From Tamlana sp. (lineage in GTDB: Bacteria; Bacteroidota; Bacteroidia; Flavobacteriales; Flavobacteriaceae), in NCBI GenBank assembly GCA_049451635.1, contig JBMTVT010000001.1, positions 9,644 to 73,643 on the forward strand: a stretch of 64,000 bases of DNA, read 5' to 3'. The notes beneath the pieces are model-generated. The model worked only from the letters and a program-made list of their open reading frames with translations. It was not told where the DNA came from and made no database searches. Positions within the stretch are counted from its first letter, which is position 1, and each line of letters begins with the position of its first letter. The position numbers were made by a program, and so were the translations under genes. This document shows positions 21,602 to 31,400 of the stretch, piece after piece.

Positions 21602-22534
21602 ATGCAACAAATCACAAACACTATTTTAATGGTTCGCCCTGTTCAATTTAGAATGAATGAGCAAACGGCGGTCAATAATTATTTTCAGGAAGATATCGAT
21701 AAAAAAAATATCGAAATTAATAGTCTTGCACAAAAAGAGTTTGACGAATTTGTTGATAAGCTCAAGGCTGTTGGTATCAATGTCATAGTTGTAAACGATA
21801 AAATAGAAACAGATACGCCAGATTCCATTTTCCCTAATAACTGGGTGTCCTTTCATGAAAATGGTGATGTAGGTTTATATCCTATGTTTGCAAAAAACAG
21901 GCGTTTGGAGCGTAGAGAAGATATTCTAGAAACACTTGAGGAAAAAGGGTTTACTATTAATAATATAGTAGATTATACTAGTGCTGAGGATGAAGGTGTT
22001 TTTTTAGAGGGTACAGGTAGTTTAATTCTAGACCGAGTAAACCGAAAAGCTTATTGTGCTTTATCGCCACGTGCCAATGAGGATTTGTTTATAGAATTTT
22101 GTGAAGACTTTGAATATACGCCCATTATTTTTACGGCAAACCAAACTGTAGAAGGAAAGCGTAAACCCATCTATCATACCAATGTGATGATGTGTTTAGG
22201 AGAAACATTTGCAGTTATTTGTTTGAGCAGTATTGATGATAAGAAGGAACGTAAAAATGTTATCACTAGTTTGAAAGAAGATGGAAAAATTATTATTGAC
22301 ATAACTGAGGCACAAGTAAACCAATTTGCTGGAAATATGCTTCAAATTAAAGGGGCTAACAATACAAGTTATCTAGTAATGAGTCAATCGGCTTATAATG
22401 CATTAACAACAGAGCAAATAAAAATTTTGGAAAGGCATGCCTCATTATTATCAAGTAACTTGAATACTATTGAAACATGCGGTGGCGGAAGTGCACGTTG
22501 TATGATGGCAGAAGTTTTTTTGCCTAAGGTGTAA
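21602..22534 (+). CDS. ctlX: Arginine-deiminase-related protein, CtlX-like citrulline utilization hydrolase
   Basis: 310 aa, MQQITNTILMVRPVQFRMNEQTAVNNYFQ...CGGGSARCMMAEVF. Confidence 0.55.
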   Translation: MQQITNTILMVRPVQFRMNEQTAVNNYFQEDIDKKNIEINSLAQKEFDEFVDKLKAVGINVIVVNDKIETDTPDSIFPNNWVSFHENGDVGLYPMFAKNRRLERREDILETLEEKGFTINNIVDYTSAEDEGVFLEGTGSLILDRVNRKAYCALSPRANEDLFIEFCEDFEYTPIIFTANQTVEGKRKPIYHTNVMMCLGETFAVICLSSIDDKKERKNVITSLKEDGKIIIDITEAQVNQFAGNMLQIKGANNTSYLVMSQSAYNALTTEQIKILERHASLLSSNLNTIETCGGGSARCMMAEVFLPKV

Positions 22535-22536
22535 TT

Positions 22537-23655
22537 TTATGATGACTTAGATTTTGGTAATTGTACATAAAACGTACTGCCAACACCTAGGGTGCTTTCA
22601 ACCCAAATTTTACCATTGTTCAATTCTACCAGTTCCTTGCAAATTGATAGTCCTAAACCAGTACCTTTCTCATTATCGGTACCCATAGTAGTAAAAGAAT
22701 TATTTTTAAACAACTTCTCTATATTCTGTTTTGAGATACCAACTCCAGTATCGGCTATACTAACAATACAACTCCCGTTGCTAATATGGTTAGATATAGT
22801 AATAGTGTCGCCACTTTTACAAAATTTAAGTGCATTGGCTAATAGGTTTTGGATAACAATTTCAAACATACTTCTATCAGCATAAGTAAAATCTCTAAGT
22901 GAATGGTCTATTAAAGTGATGCCTTTATTCTCCATTCTCTGTTCTATAAGTTTAATTTTATCTTCAAAAACTTCCTGAATATCAAACAAAGTGGGCTTAG
23001 GATCAAGCGATTGCATTTGGGATTTAGACCAATTGAGTAAATTGAATAACAACAACGAAGCATTATTGGCATTTTCACTAAGTTCTGGAATAAGATTATC
23101 AAATTCTTCTCTTGACAAAGAACCATCTTTGAGCAAATCTATAAAGCCATTAATAGAGGAAAGAGAGTCTTTTAAATCGTGTGAAACAATAGAGAATAAT
23201 TTATCTTTTACGTTATTTACATTTTCAAGGTGCTTAGTTTGCTCTAAAAATGCTCCGTTTTGTAATTCAATTTTTATGTTCTTCTCTTCTAATTCTTTAG
23301 CATATTTTACGTTGCTGTTTCTTTTTAAATAAATTAAAATTAAAAAAGTAGATACTATGGCCAATGCAGCCAATAAACCATAAAAAAATAATTTAAGTTT
23401 ATTGTACTTTTCATCAAACTCTGTTGTTGAGTTAACGTTTGTTATAATTTGGGCAGAGTTATCCAAAATTTGCTGTTTGTCAAAATTAGGATCTAAATCA
23501 AGCGGAATAGGTTCTACGGATACAGATCGTTCAATAAAATCATTTCTTTTTAAACTATCGTTAAGTTCATAATACTCACGTTGCCATTCAAAAGCTCTAT
23601 CAAATTTTTTTATGATAGAGTCAAGTGTTTTCATGAGTTTGTAATGCTTTAACAA
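22537..23655 (-). CDS. Sensor histidine kinase (TM segment, HisKA, HATPase_c). Start uncertain; likely the C-terminal part of a disrupted TPR-sensor kinase.
   Basis: H-box FSIVSHDLKDSL; G-boxes GTGLGLSICKELVELNNGKIWVES. The tracked start is a TTG, and the frame stays open upstream to 23742. Confidence 0.8.
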   Translation of the reverse strand: MLKHYKLMKTLDSIIKKFDRAFEWQREYYELNDSLKRNDFIERSVSVEPIPLDLDPNFDKQQILDNSAQIITNVNSTTEFDEKYNKLKLFFYGLLAALAIVSTFLILIYLKRNSNVKYAKELEEKNIKIELQNGAFLEQTKHLENVNNVKDKLFSIVSHDLKDSLSSINGFIDLLKDGSLSREEFDNLIPELSENANNASLLLFNLLNWSKSQMQSLDPKPTLFDIQEVFEDKIKLIEQRMENKGITLIDHSLRDFTYADRSMFEIVIQNLLANALKFCKSGDTITISNHISNGSCIVSIADTGVGISKQNIEKLFKNNSFTTMGTDNEKGTGLGLSICKELVELNNGKIWVESTLGVGSTFYVQLPKSKSS

Positions 23656-23749
23656 CTCTGTTTTGTTATTAAGGTTTTTAGCTAATTCAACCGGCCTGTA
23701 AAAGTTGTTTTTCGGCCAAAACCAATCTGTTTTGTTGAATATTTAAATC

Positions 23750-24652
23750 TCAAAGATTATTTAATGTAACTAGTAGGGCTGAATTATTATTACTGCGAAC
23801 ACTAATATTATAGCCTTTTACCAAATAGTTTGAGGCTTTGTCATAATCATGGAACTTTAGGTATTCACCACCTAATTTTGGGTAAATATGGCCACTTATG
23901 GAATCGTTTTGTGACTTGCTGCCATTTAAGACTTTCTCATAATATTCTATGGCTTTTCGGTGTTCTTTCTTTTCCGAAAATAATTCAGCTAATCTGTTGT
24001 AAGATTCATTAATGCGTTTAGTGTCATTTAATTGCTCTTGTATTTCAGCAGCTTTTGAATAAAACTCAATAGCTTTATCGCTAGCATTCACATTATAATA
24101 AGCCTCGGCTAAGTTACTGTAGGCCAAATTAAGCTCGTTTATTAAATTTCTTTTCTCTAACTCCTTAATTGCTGCTAGCGAAAATTGTAGTCCTCTGGCA
24201 TAGTTGCCTCGCTTAATTTCTATTAACCCTATGCTGTTATTTACTTTAGCAATGTTTAAAGTGTCACTAAGTTCGTTAAATAATGATTTAGATTTATTAT
24301 AGCCACTAATAGCATTAATATAGTCTCCTTTTTGAGCGTAAATTAATGATTTATAATAAGTTATTCCCGCAATGCCCTTTTGATAGTTTAGGGTATTTGA
24401 AAGCTTTTCACTTTTAATTATGTACTTAAGAGCCCTATCATATTCGTTTGCGTCATAAAGTGATTTGATAAGTTTTAATGAGGTTTCAATTTTTAAGGAA
24501 TCTTGTTTTTGAAAAGTTAATTCTAAAGCAAGAATATCTATATCATTGGCTTGCGAAAACCCCATGAATATAGATAAGTTCAATACTGCAAAAATAATTA
24601 TTTTCCTCATAAAAACATTTAAATCACAACGGTTTGTAAAGCATGTGTGCAA
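23750..24652 (-). CDS. TPR-repeat protein with N-terminal signal/anchor (probable N-terminal part of the same sensor kinase)
   Basis: 300 aa of TPR-like repeats (…AYSNLAEAYYNVNASDKAIEFYSKAAEI…). It ends 7 nt before the kinase frame opens. Confidence 0.7.
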   Translation of the reverse strand: MHTCFTNRCDLNVFMRKIIIFAVLNLSIFMGFSQANDIDILALELTFQKQDSLKIETSLKLIKSLYDANEYDRALKYIIKSEKLSNTLNYQKGIAGITYYKSLIYAQKGDYINAISGYNKSKSLFNELSDTLNIAKVNNSIGLIEIKRGNYARGLQFSLAAIKELEKRNLINELNLAYSNLAEAYYNVNASDKAIEFYSKAAEIQEQLNDTKRINESYNRLAELFSEKKEHRKAIEYYEKVLNGSKSQNDSISGHIYPKLGGEYLKFHDYDKASNYLVKGYNISVRSNNNSALLVTLNNL

Positions 24653-25043
24653 GACTTCTTAAATTTGAGGGAAAATAAGAATGCTTTACTTTGTTGTAAT
24701 TAGTTTGTTAGTTTTTAATTTTTCCAATTAAATGGATACATTAATAGCTTTACCACACAAAAGTTGGAAAAAGCGCTATTATAATCTAATTTCTGCGTTT
24801 TAATACCAATAAATTAGACGAAACGACATTGAAAAAAAGCCCAAAAACTTACGAATAGACGAACTGCAAAAATCATAGAAAAAGAGTAACTTTATCGACG
24901 AAATGCACTTTGTTATTATTATTGTTTTTGCTGCTTAACCTGTTATTTTTTTAGTTTTTTAATGAATAAATTCGAGCCTTTTTCAATCTAAAAGATCAAC
25001 CTTTTTAAAATCAAAAATAGCCATACTACTTTAATAAAAGTTT

Positions 25044-25051
25044 TATCTTTG
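25044..25051 (+). promoter_or_regulatory. Candidate -7 box TAtcTTTG upstream of argS
   Basis: Consensus match, 23 nt before the ATG. Confidence 0.3.
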
Positions 25052-25073
25052 CTCACCTAAAAAACAATTATTA

Positions 25074-26858
25074 ATGAGTCTTCAACAATCTTTATCAAAC
25101 CAAGTAAAACAAGCTGTAAAAGCTAATTATGGTGTTGTATTGGAAACGGTTGAATTTCAAGCTACAAGAAAAGAGTTTACAGGAGATATTACCATAGTAA
25201 TTTTTCCAATGTTGCGTTTCATTAAAGGCAATCCTGTGCAAATTGGTGAAAATATTGGCAATTATTTGGTTGATAACATCCAAGACGTCAAGGCGTTTAA
25301 TGTTTTGAAAGGGTTTTTAAATATTGAAATAAGCGATTCGTATTATCTTAATTTCTTTAATTCTATTAAGGATGATAAAACCTATGGTTTTGAGTTGCCC
25401 AAAGTAGGTGATAAAGCCATAATGGTAGAATATTCTTCACCTAACACCAACAAACCTCTGCATCTAGGGCATATTCGAAATAATCTTTTAGGCTATAGTG
25501 TTGCTGAAATTTTAAAAGCTTCGGGCAAAAAAGTTTACAAAACCCAAATTATAAACGATAGAGGTATTCACATTTGTAAAAGTATGCTGGCTTGGAAACT
25601 TTATGGAAATGGCGAAACACCAGAAAGTACAGGGTTAAAAGGTGATAAGTTAGTTGGTAATTACTACGTAAAGTTCGACCAAGAATATAAAAAAGACATA
25701 GCTAGTTTAATTTCTGAAGGACAAACTGAGGAAGAAGCGAAAAGAAATGCACCAATTTTAATTGAAGCGCAACAAATGCTTCAAAAATGGGAAGCAGGCG
25801 ATGAAGAAACCGTAGCCCTTTGGGAGATGATGAATGGTTGGGTTTACAAAGGATTTAACGAAACCTATAAAAATTTGGGGGTCGATTTTGATACGCTTTA
25901 TTATGAAAGTAACACCTATTTATTGGGAAAAGAATTTGTTACCCAAGGACTTAAAACGGGTGTATTTTATAAAAAAGAAGATGGCTCGGTTTGGTGCGAT
26001 TTAACCGAAGATGGATTGGATGAAAAAATAGTACAGCGAAGTGATGGTACTGCGGTTTACATGACGCAGGATATTGGTACTGCAATTCAACGTGTGAAAG
26101 ATTTTCCAGATGTTGGCGGGATGGTTTATACCGTTGGTAATGAGCAAGATTACCATTTTCAAGTGTTATTTTTAATACTTAAAAAATTAGGGTTCGATTG
26201 GGCTAAAAACCTATATCATTTAAGTTATGGCATGGTAGATTTACCTTCGGGAAAAATGAAGAGTAGGGAAGGAATCGTAGTGGATGCCGATGATTTAATT
26301 GCAGACATGGCAAATACTGCCGAAGAAATCTCAGAAGAATTGGGGAAGCTAGATGGTTACTCAAAAGAAGAAAAGCAGGAACTTTATAAAACCATAGGTT
26401 TAGGTGCTTTAAAATATTACATCTTAAAGGTAGATCCTAAAAAACGTATTTTGTTTGACCCAAAAGAATCTATTGATTTTCAAGGAAATACAGGTCCTTT
26501 TATACAATATACCTATGCTAGAATTCAAGCGATTTTACGAAAAACAGATTTAGTTACTGTTTCTTCCAAAAATATTACTGAAATGTCTCTACATCCAAAG
26601 GAAAAAGAATTGATAAAACAAATTCAATTGTTTCCAGAAGTGGTTCAAAATGCAGCTGAAAACCACAGTCCTGCATTAATAGCTAATTATACCTTTGATT
26701 TGGTAAAAGAGTTTAATTCCTTTTATCAAAATGTCTCTATTTTGGGAGCAGATAATGAGGATGACATTACCTTTAGAGTACAACTTTCAAACATGGTAGC
26801 GAATACCATCAAAAATAGTTTTAGCTTATTGGGAATTAAAGTTCCTGAGAGGATGTAA
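25074..26858 (+). CDS. argS: Arginine--tRNA ligase
   Basis: 594 aa with class I HIGH-type motif (SSPNTNKPLHLGHIRN) and an ArgRS-like C-terminal anticodon-binding domain. Confidence 0.93.
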   Translation: MSLQQSLSNQVKQAVKANYGVVLETVEFQATRKEFTGDITIVIFPMLRFIKGNPVQIGENIGNYLVDNIQDVKAFNVLKGFLNIEISDSYYLNFFNSIKDDKTYGFELPKVGDKAIMVEYSSPNTNKPLHLGHIRNNLLGYSVAEILKASGKKVYKTQIINDRGIHICKSMLAWKLYGNGETPESTGLKGDKLVGNYYVKFDQEYKKDIASLISEGQTEEEAKRNAPILIEAQQMLQKWEAGDEETVALWEMMNGWVYKGFNETYKNLGVDFDTLYYESNTYLLGKEFVTQGLKTGVFYKKEDGSVWCDLTEDGLDEKIVQRSDGTAVYMTQDIGTAIQRVKDFPDVGGMVYTVGNEQDYHFQVLFLILKKLGFDWAKNLYHLSYGMVDLPSGKMKSREGIVVDADDLIADMANTAEEISEELGKLDGYSKEEKQELYKTIGLGALKYYILKVDPKKRILFDPKESIDFQGNTGPFIQYTYARIQAILRKTDLVTVSSKNITEMSLHPKEKELIKQIQLFPEVVQNAAENHSPALIANYTFDLVKEFNSFYQNVSILGADNEDDITFRVQLSNMVANTIKNSFSLLGIKVPERM

Positions 26859-26867
26859 TTGAATTAC

Positions 26868-28502
26868 TTAAATTTTAATCACTTTGTGAATTTCATTTTT
26901 ATTTGGAGTGTCAATTTGAAAAATATATAATCCGCTAGAAAGGCGTTTTAAATTAAGCTCTAATTTTCCATCTTTTAGATTTTCAGTTTTATCAATCAAC
27001 ATGACTCCAGATGAATTGAACAGTCTATAAGAAATGGAGTTAGTATTCTCTATAGCGGTTGACAAGGTAATTAAATCAATAAAAGGATTGGGGTGGATTC
27101 CCCATTTTTTAGATTCTTCTTCTGGGTTTTCACCAAAAAGATTAGTACAATTTGTTGCTATAGAATACTCATCTTTCAAAATCTCACCAATTTTTAAATT
27201 ATTAAAACTATCGTTTATTGTATGGTTAAAAAAAGTCGCGTCAATAATGGTATCATCGGCTCCTAAAAAGTCTTGTAATAAAGTGGCAAAGGTTTGTCGG
27301 TAATCGTATTGAACAGTTTGGATTTGAAAATTATTATTATTTGTAGCTTCAGTTAAATCAGGATTAGTGCCAGAAACGCCACCAGCTACAGGTTTTCCAA
27401 AAACAAACATGGGAGCAATTTCTCCATGATCTGTTCCCAAACTACCATTTTCTTTAGCTTTTCTGCCAAATTCGGAAAACGTTAAACCAACAACATCTTC
27501 GTCTAAATTCTGACTCTTTAAATCAGCCATAAATGCTTTTATAGCTTCAGATAGTTCTGTTAATAATTCATGGTGCCTTCCCGTTACATCTCCAATGCCT
27601 TGTACTTGTGCGTTATGGGTATCAAAACCAGAAATACGAACCATGAATACTTTAGATCTTAAATCACCACTAATTAATCTTGCGACTGTTTTTAGTTGAT
27701 TTGATAAGTCAGAATCTGGATAGCTTACATCATTTTTGCCTCCATTAAATGCCGTGGAAATGGCGTTGGCATATGTGTTTGATAAAGCATCTGTATTATT
27801 TATAAATTGTAATTGTTTACCATAATCTGAGTTGGGTATATTAGCTGGAGGTACACCTCCTAAACCATTTAAAACTGAATAAAAACCGGCAGGGTCTTGC
27901 CCAGTTATATTTAATGATAATCCGTGGGCTTCCTCAGCATGAAAGCCTAATGAAGTTTTGTTAGAACCTATTTCTACAGCTAAAGGAAAAGTTTCCAATA
28001 ATAAATCGGCATAGTATAGTTCCATAAACCGTCCTATCCACCCGGTATCTGATCCATTTAACAAACTATTTCCATCGTTTCCTGTTAAATATAAATCGGT
28101 AGATTTAAAGTGGCTTTTATTTTGCGATGGATACCCCACCGATTGTATGATTCTAAAAACACCTTCATCATATAAAGATTTAAAACCAATTAATGCAGGG
28201 TTTAAACCTAATTGTTGGTTGTCAGGTAAAGAAGCATCAAGTGTAATATATTTATTTACTCCTGTTTCTGGAACTTTTATTGTTGGTCTTAAATTGCTAT
28301 AAGTATCATATTGATTTAGCGGTATAATAGTGTTTAAACCATCGTTGGCACCAGCTAAATTTATGAGTATTAATTTTCTGTTGGAAATATCTGGACAGTT
28401 AGCAAAGGGTAAAAATGATTTTAAGGCTGCCTGTAATTCAAAAGGGGTAAGAGCAACTGCAGAAGCAGCAGACGATAATTTAATAAATTGTCTCCTTCTC
28501 AT
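26868..28502 (-). CDS. DUF1501-family (sulfatase-fold) protein with a twin-arginine signal and a T9SS C-terminal sorting domain
   Basis: N-terminus MRRRQFIKLSSAASAVALTPF matches RRxFxK. The C-terminal ~80 aa (…HPNPFIDLITLS…GLYIFQIDTPN…KVIKI) resemble a Por/T9SS CTD. Confidence 0.75.
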   Translation of the reverse strand: MRRRQFIKLSSAASAVALTPFELQAALKSFLPFANCPDISNRKLILINLAGANDGLNTIIPLNQYDTYSNLRPTIKVPETGVNKYITLDASLPDNQQLGLNPALIGFKSLYDEGVFRIIQSVGYPSQNKSHFKSTDLYLTGNDGNSLLNGSDTGWIGRFMELYYADLLLETFPLAVEIGSNKTSLGFHAEEAHGLSLNITGQDPAGFYSVLNGLGGVPPANIPNSDYGKQLQFINNTDALSNTYANAISTAFNGGKNDVSYPDSDLSNQLKTVARLISGDLRSKVFMVRISGFDTHNAQVQGIGDVTGRHHELLTELSEAIKAFMADLKSQNLDEDVVGLTFSEFGRKAKENGSLGTDHGEIAPMFVFGKPVAGGVSGTNPDLTEATNNNNFQIQTVQYDYRQTFATLLQDFLGADDTIIDATFFNHTINDSFNNLKIGEILKDEYSIATNCTNLFGENPEEESKKWGIHPNPFIDLITLSTAIENTNSISYRLFNSSGVMLIDKTENLKDGKLELNLKRLSSGLYIFQIDTPNKNEIHKVIKI

Positions 28503-28514
28503 AACTAAGGTTAT

Positions 28515-30155
28515 TTACATTAATTGAAATTCTGCAGCATTAACCATGGCTATAATTAATGCGTTTAAACGCGTTCTTACTGTGGTGTCATCACCATCAT
28601 TTAAATACTGAGCCCAGGTTCCAGACCAATAATAATCAGGAAAACCTTCATCAACTAAAAAGCTTTTAAAATAATTTATTCGATCGCTATCAATACTTTC
28701 TGGATATAATAAATCGGCAATTTCAGAAACTAAAAAATTAGGATCTGTTGGATTATCAATTTTATTTTTCACAAACTGTACTGTGTCTAACTTAGCGTAA
28801 ATATTCACACCAGTAATCGCGTTTTTACCTTCAATCAAACTTTCAATAAGTTTATACCTTCCTATGAGCGTATTTGATGAAAACCAGATTCTATCAAAGT
28901 TAGGTTCTTGATAATAAGCAGGGTAACCAGCTACAGAATCAGGATTGTGTATTTCCATACCTGCAGCTTTGAAATATGAATTATGTATAAAATTAAAAAA
29001 GAAATTGCTATAAAATCTCAGTGGATCTGAATTAGGATTTGGATATGTTACACTAAAAACTGAGCATATTTCTGAAAGTAGTTGTAGCGGACTTTTTATT
29101 ATACTACCAATAATATTATCTGTAGCATCGCCATCATCTGCATCATAAAAATGTTCACTAGAAAGTAAGGTTTTTATAACTGGCAATAGATCGTAATTAT
29201 TATCAATAAGTATTTGTGCTAGCGGTATAATGATATTTGTTTCCACTTCTTGATCCCATTCACTTTTTACAAAGTAGCGATATAATTTTCTACAATAAGC
29301 TTTGGCAGTTTCTGGTTGAGCAAAAACCATTTCAACAAAGTCGTCAAGCTCTTCAAAAGCTCCAGTTTCAGTTGTTCTTCCAGTTATTACTTTATTGTTA
29401 AAGGCATTACTAAAGGTTTTATCATTCAAATCATGTTGATTAATATTAATATATCCCATAGGGATATTCGTATCAGGGTCAATATCACTTCTGTCATTTC
29501 TTTTCTTGAACCCAGAAAACACTTTGGCTGCCTGTTGTATGTCTATTTCGGTATAGTTAGTATAATTACCCTCACCTATTTGTGGACCTTTTAAAATTGT
29601 AAATAACTCTAAAAATTCTCTTGCATAATTTTCGTTTGGGTTATTTTTATTATTCTGGGTATTGTCCAAATAATCTAACATCCCATTATCCAAAGTAATT
29701 TTTTTAGCTAAGGTTTTGATATTTCCTAAAGCATAAAAATCCAATAGATTTAAATGATCGTAAAAATATGTTGCCGCACCAACACCAGAATCTTTACCAA
29801 CTGTAAAGCTTGTATGTAAAAAAAAGGATAATTTATGTTTTAAGGTTGGCGATTGCATAGCATTATACCACCACCAAGCCGAAACGAAGCTTCGTTTTCT
29901 CCCTTGGCCATTAAATGAGTTAGGTAGTTCGGTAGAGGAAGTCCAAAACCCATCAGGATTGCTAGTGGGTAAAGGGTCATAAGGTTCAACCAAGTCATTG
30001 ACTGTGTCTTTAATTAAAATGTTCACAGCTTCACTAGCGGGTTTCCCAATGAAAGTATTTAATTGCTCCTTGGTTAAACTAAAAGAAGCACGCCGAAGAA
30101 GGTGTTTAGCCTTTCTTAAATCTAGATTTGGACCTAACGGATTTAGAGATGCCAT
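28515..30155 (-). CDS. DUF1800-family protein (usual partner of DUF1501)
   Basis: 546 aa; the DUF1800-then-DUF1501 gene order is conserved. Confidence 0.7.
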   Translation of the reverse strand: MASLNPLGPNLDLRKAKHLLRRASFSLTKEQLNTFIGKPASEAVNILIKDTVNDLVEPYDPLPTSNPDGFWTSSTELPNSFNGQGRKRSFVSAWWWYNAMQSPTLKHKLSFFLHTSFTVGKDSGVGAATYFYDHLNLLDFYALGNIKTLAKKITLDNGMLDYLDNTQNNKNNPNENYAREFLELFTILKGPQIGEGNYTNYTEIDIQQAAKVFSGFKKRNDRSDIDPDTNIPMGYININQHDLNDKTFSNAFNNKVITGRTTETGAFEELDDFVEMVFAQPETAKAYCRKLYRYFVKSEWDQEVETNIIIPLAQILIDNNYDLLPVIKTLLSSEHFYDADDGDATDNIIGSIIKSPLQLLSEICSVFSVTYPNPNSDPLRFYSNFFFNFIHNSYFKAAGMEIHNPDSVAGYPAYYQEPNFDRIWFSSNTLIGRYKLIESLIEGKNAITGVNIYAKLDTVQFVKNKIDNPTDPNFLVSEIADLLYPESIDSDRINYFKSFLVDEGFPDYYWSGTWAQYLNDGDDTTVRTRLNALIIAMVNAAEFQLM

Positions 30156-30328
30156 TCATTTTTTTAATTAAAGTATATAAAATATATGATTTCTAAATTA
30201 AAATTCTTCTTTTTTCGTTAAAAATCAATCTTTGATAGAAACGAAGATAATTTAATAGAGCAGTATCAAGAATATATTATGGTATTTAAGCCATAAAATG
30301 TTATTAAAGTATATGCTCGAGGTGGTGA

Positions 30329-30733
30329 TGTTTTAACGGAACTTGGACAACTCGTGTAACTGACCATGGTGCCTTAATAAAATTAGAGTTTGACACGCTA
30401 GTAGACTTTACTTTAGAATGGTTTGTTTACGATTTAGGACCTGAAAAGATTAAATTATATCAACAAGGTGGTAATAGAATCATCCTTAAGAAAAATTGCG
30501 ATATAATAGTAGATATTACCAAAGAGCGTATTGAAAACTATTTACAAGAATGTTACTGGAGAGTAGCAAGATTAACAATTGATGGTGGAGATAATGAAAA
30601 AGATTATATAGGTGCCACATTAAAATTTTTCGCCAACAATGTAGTTAAAATGCGTATAAATGGTGAATTTATTGAAGGTACTTACCAAGTTTTAGCTTAT
30701 AACACCCAAGGATTTGTATTGCAAATTCAATAA
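30329..30733 (+). pseudogene. 5'-truncated fragment of a tandem lipocalin-like-module gene, ending at an in-frame TAA
   Basis: Open frame with no start codon. It holds two modules ending …LEWFVYDLGPEKIKLYQQGGNRIILKKNC and …ECYWRVARL…. The TAA at 30731-30733 is in the same frame as the downstream ORF. Confidence 0.5.
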
Positions 30734-30787
30734 GAAGGAAGATTAAATTTACAACTGGAGTGGTTTGTAACTCTTCTTGAACTAGGT

Positions 30788-31216
30788 TTGATAAAACTAG
30801 AAAGTATGGGTAATAGAGATAACAAAATGGTTTTGGAAAGACATTGTTTTGATGTAGATGAAGACTTGGTTTACATTGATGGTGTATTAATACAAGGGCA
30901 ATGGGAAGTAGCAAGATATTACATTGCTGAAGGTGAATTAGAAAAAGATAATGATTTCTTCATATACACTATAGATTTTAAAGTTTCAGGCAAAGTATTG
31001 GTTACCGATCCAAATAATGGAGAATCTAGCGGTTCTTGGTTAGCTTACAGAAACGATGGTTTAAATTTGGGTTTATATTTTGGTACAAACGAACTATTCA
31101 ATCAACTAAATCATAGATGGAAAATTGTAGAAGTAACGTCTAATAGAATAGAGTTGAAAGATTTAAGTTCAACAGGTGCCATAGAAAGAATTTTAGTCCT
31201 TGAAAAGAAAAATTAA
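30788..31216 (+). CDS. Hypothetical protein (last lipocalin-like module; start uncertain, TTG 30788 or ATG 30806)
   Basis: 142-aa ORF continuing the same frame as 30329-30733. Module end …HRWKIVEVTSNRIELKDL…ILVLEKKN. Confidence 0.45.
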   Translation: MIKLESMGNRDNKMVLERHCFDVDEDLVYIDGVLIQGQWEVARYYIAEGELEKDNDFFIYTIDFKVSGKVLVTDPNNGESSGSWLAYRNDGLNLGLYFGTNELFNQLNHRWKIVEVTSNRIELKDLSSTGAIERILVLEKKN

Positions 31217-31287
31217 TTATGTTTTTGGTTAAAAGGAAACCCCATATTTTCGGTTTACTTTAGGTTAGTTAGCTAAGTTTCCTTTAA

Positions 31288-31323
31288 AGAGGCTGTCAAA
31301 ATAAGTTTGACAGCCTTTTTTTA
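31288..31323 (+). terminator. Intrinsic terminator
   Basis: aggctgtcaaa / tttgacagcct stem followed by a T-run. Confidence 0.8.
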
Positions 31324-31366
31324 TTCACTTTGTATGCAAGGGCTTCTATAATATACTTCAAATCAT

Positions 31367-31374
31367 TAACTTTG
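31367..31374 (+). promoter_or_regulatory. Candidate -7 box TAacTTTG upstream of ffh
   Basis: Consensus match, 27 nt before the ATG. Confidence 0.3.
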
Positions 31375-31400
31375 CACTTCTTAAAATTTCAATAAAAATT

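Noticed and set aside
24653-25073. Looked for an Arg-codon leader peptide, T-box or riboswitch upstream of argS, by analogy with the Asn leader
   Set aside because: The small ORFs present (e.g. MLYFVVISLLVFNFSN, MHFVIIIVFAA) are not Arg-rich, and no terminator/antiterminator pair is evident.
30669-30914. 81-aa minus-strand ORF
   Set aside because: It is antisense to the lipocalin-like module frame, which shows internal repeat structure. The minus-strand translation has no such features.
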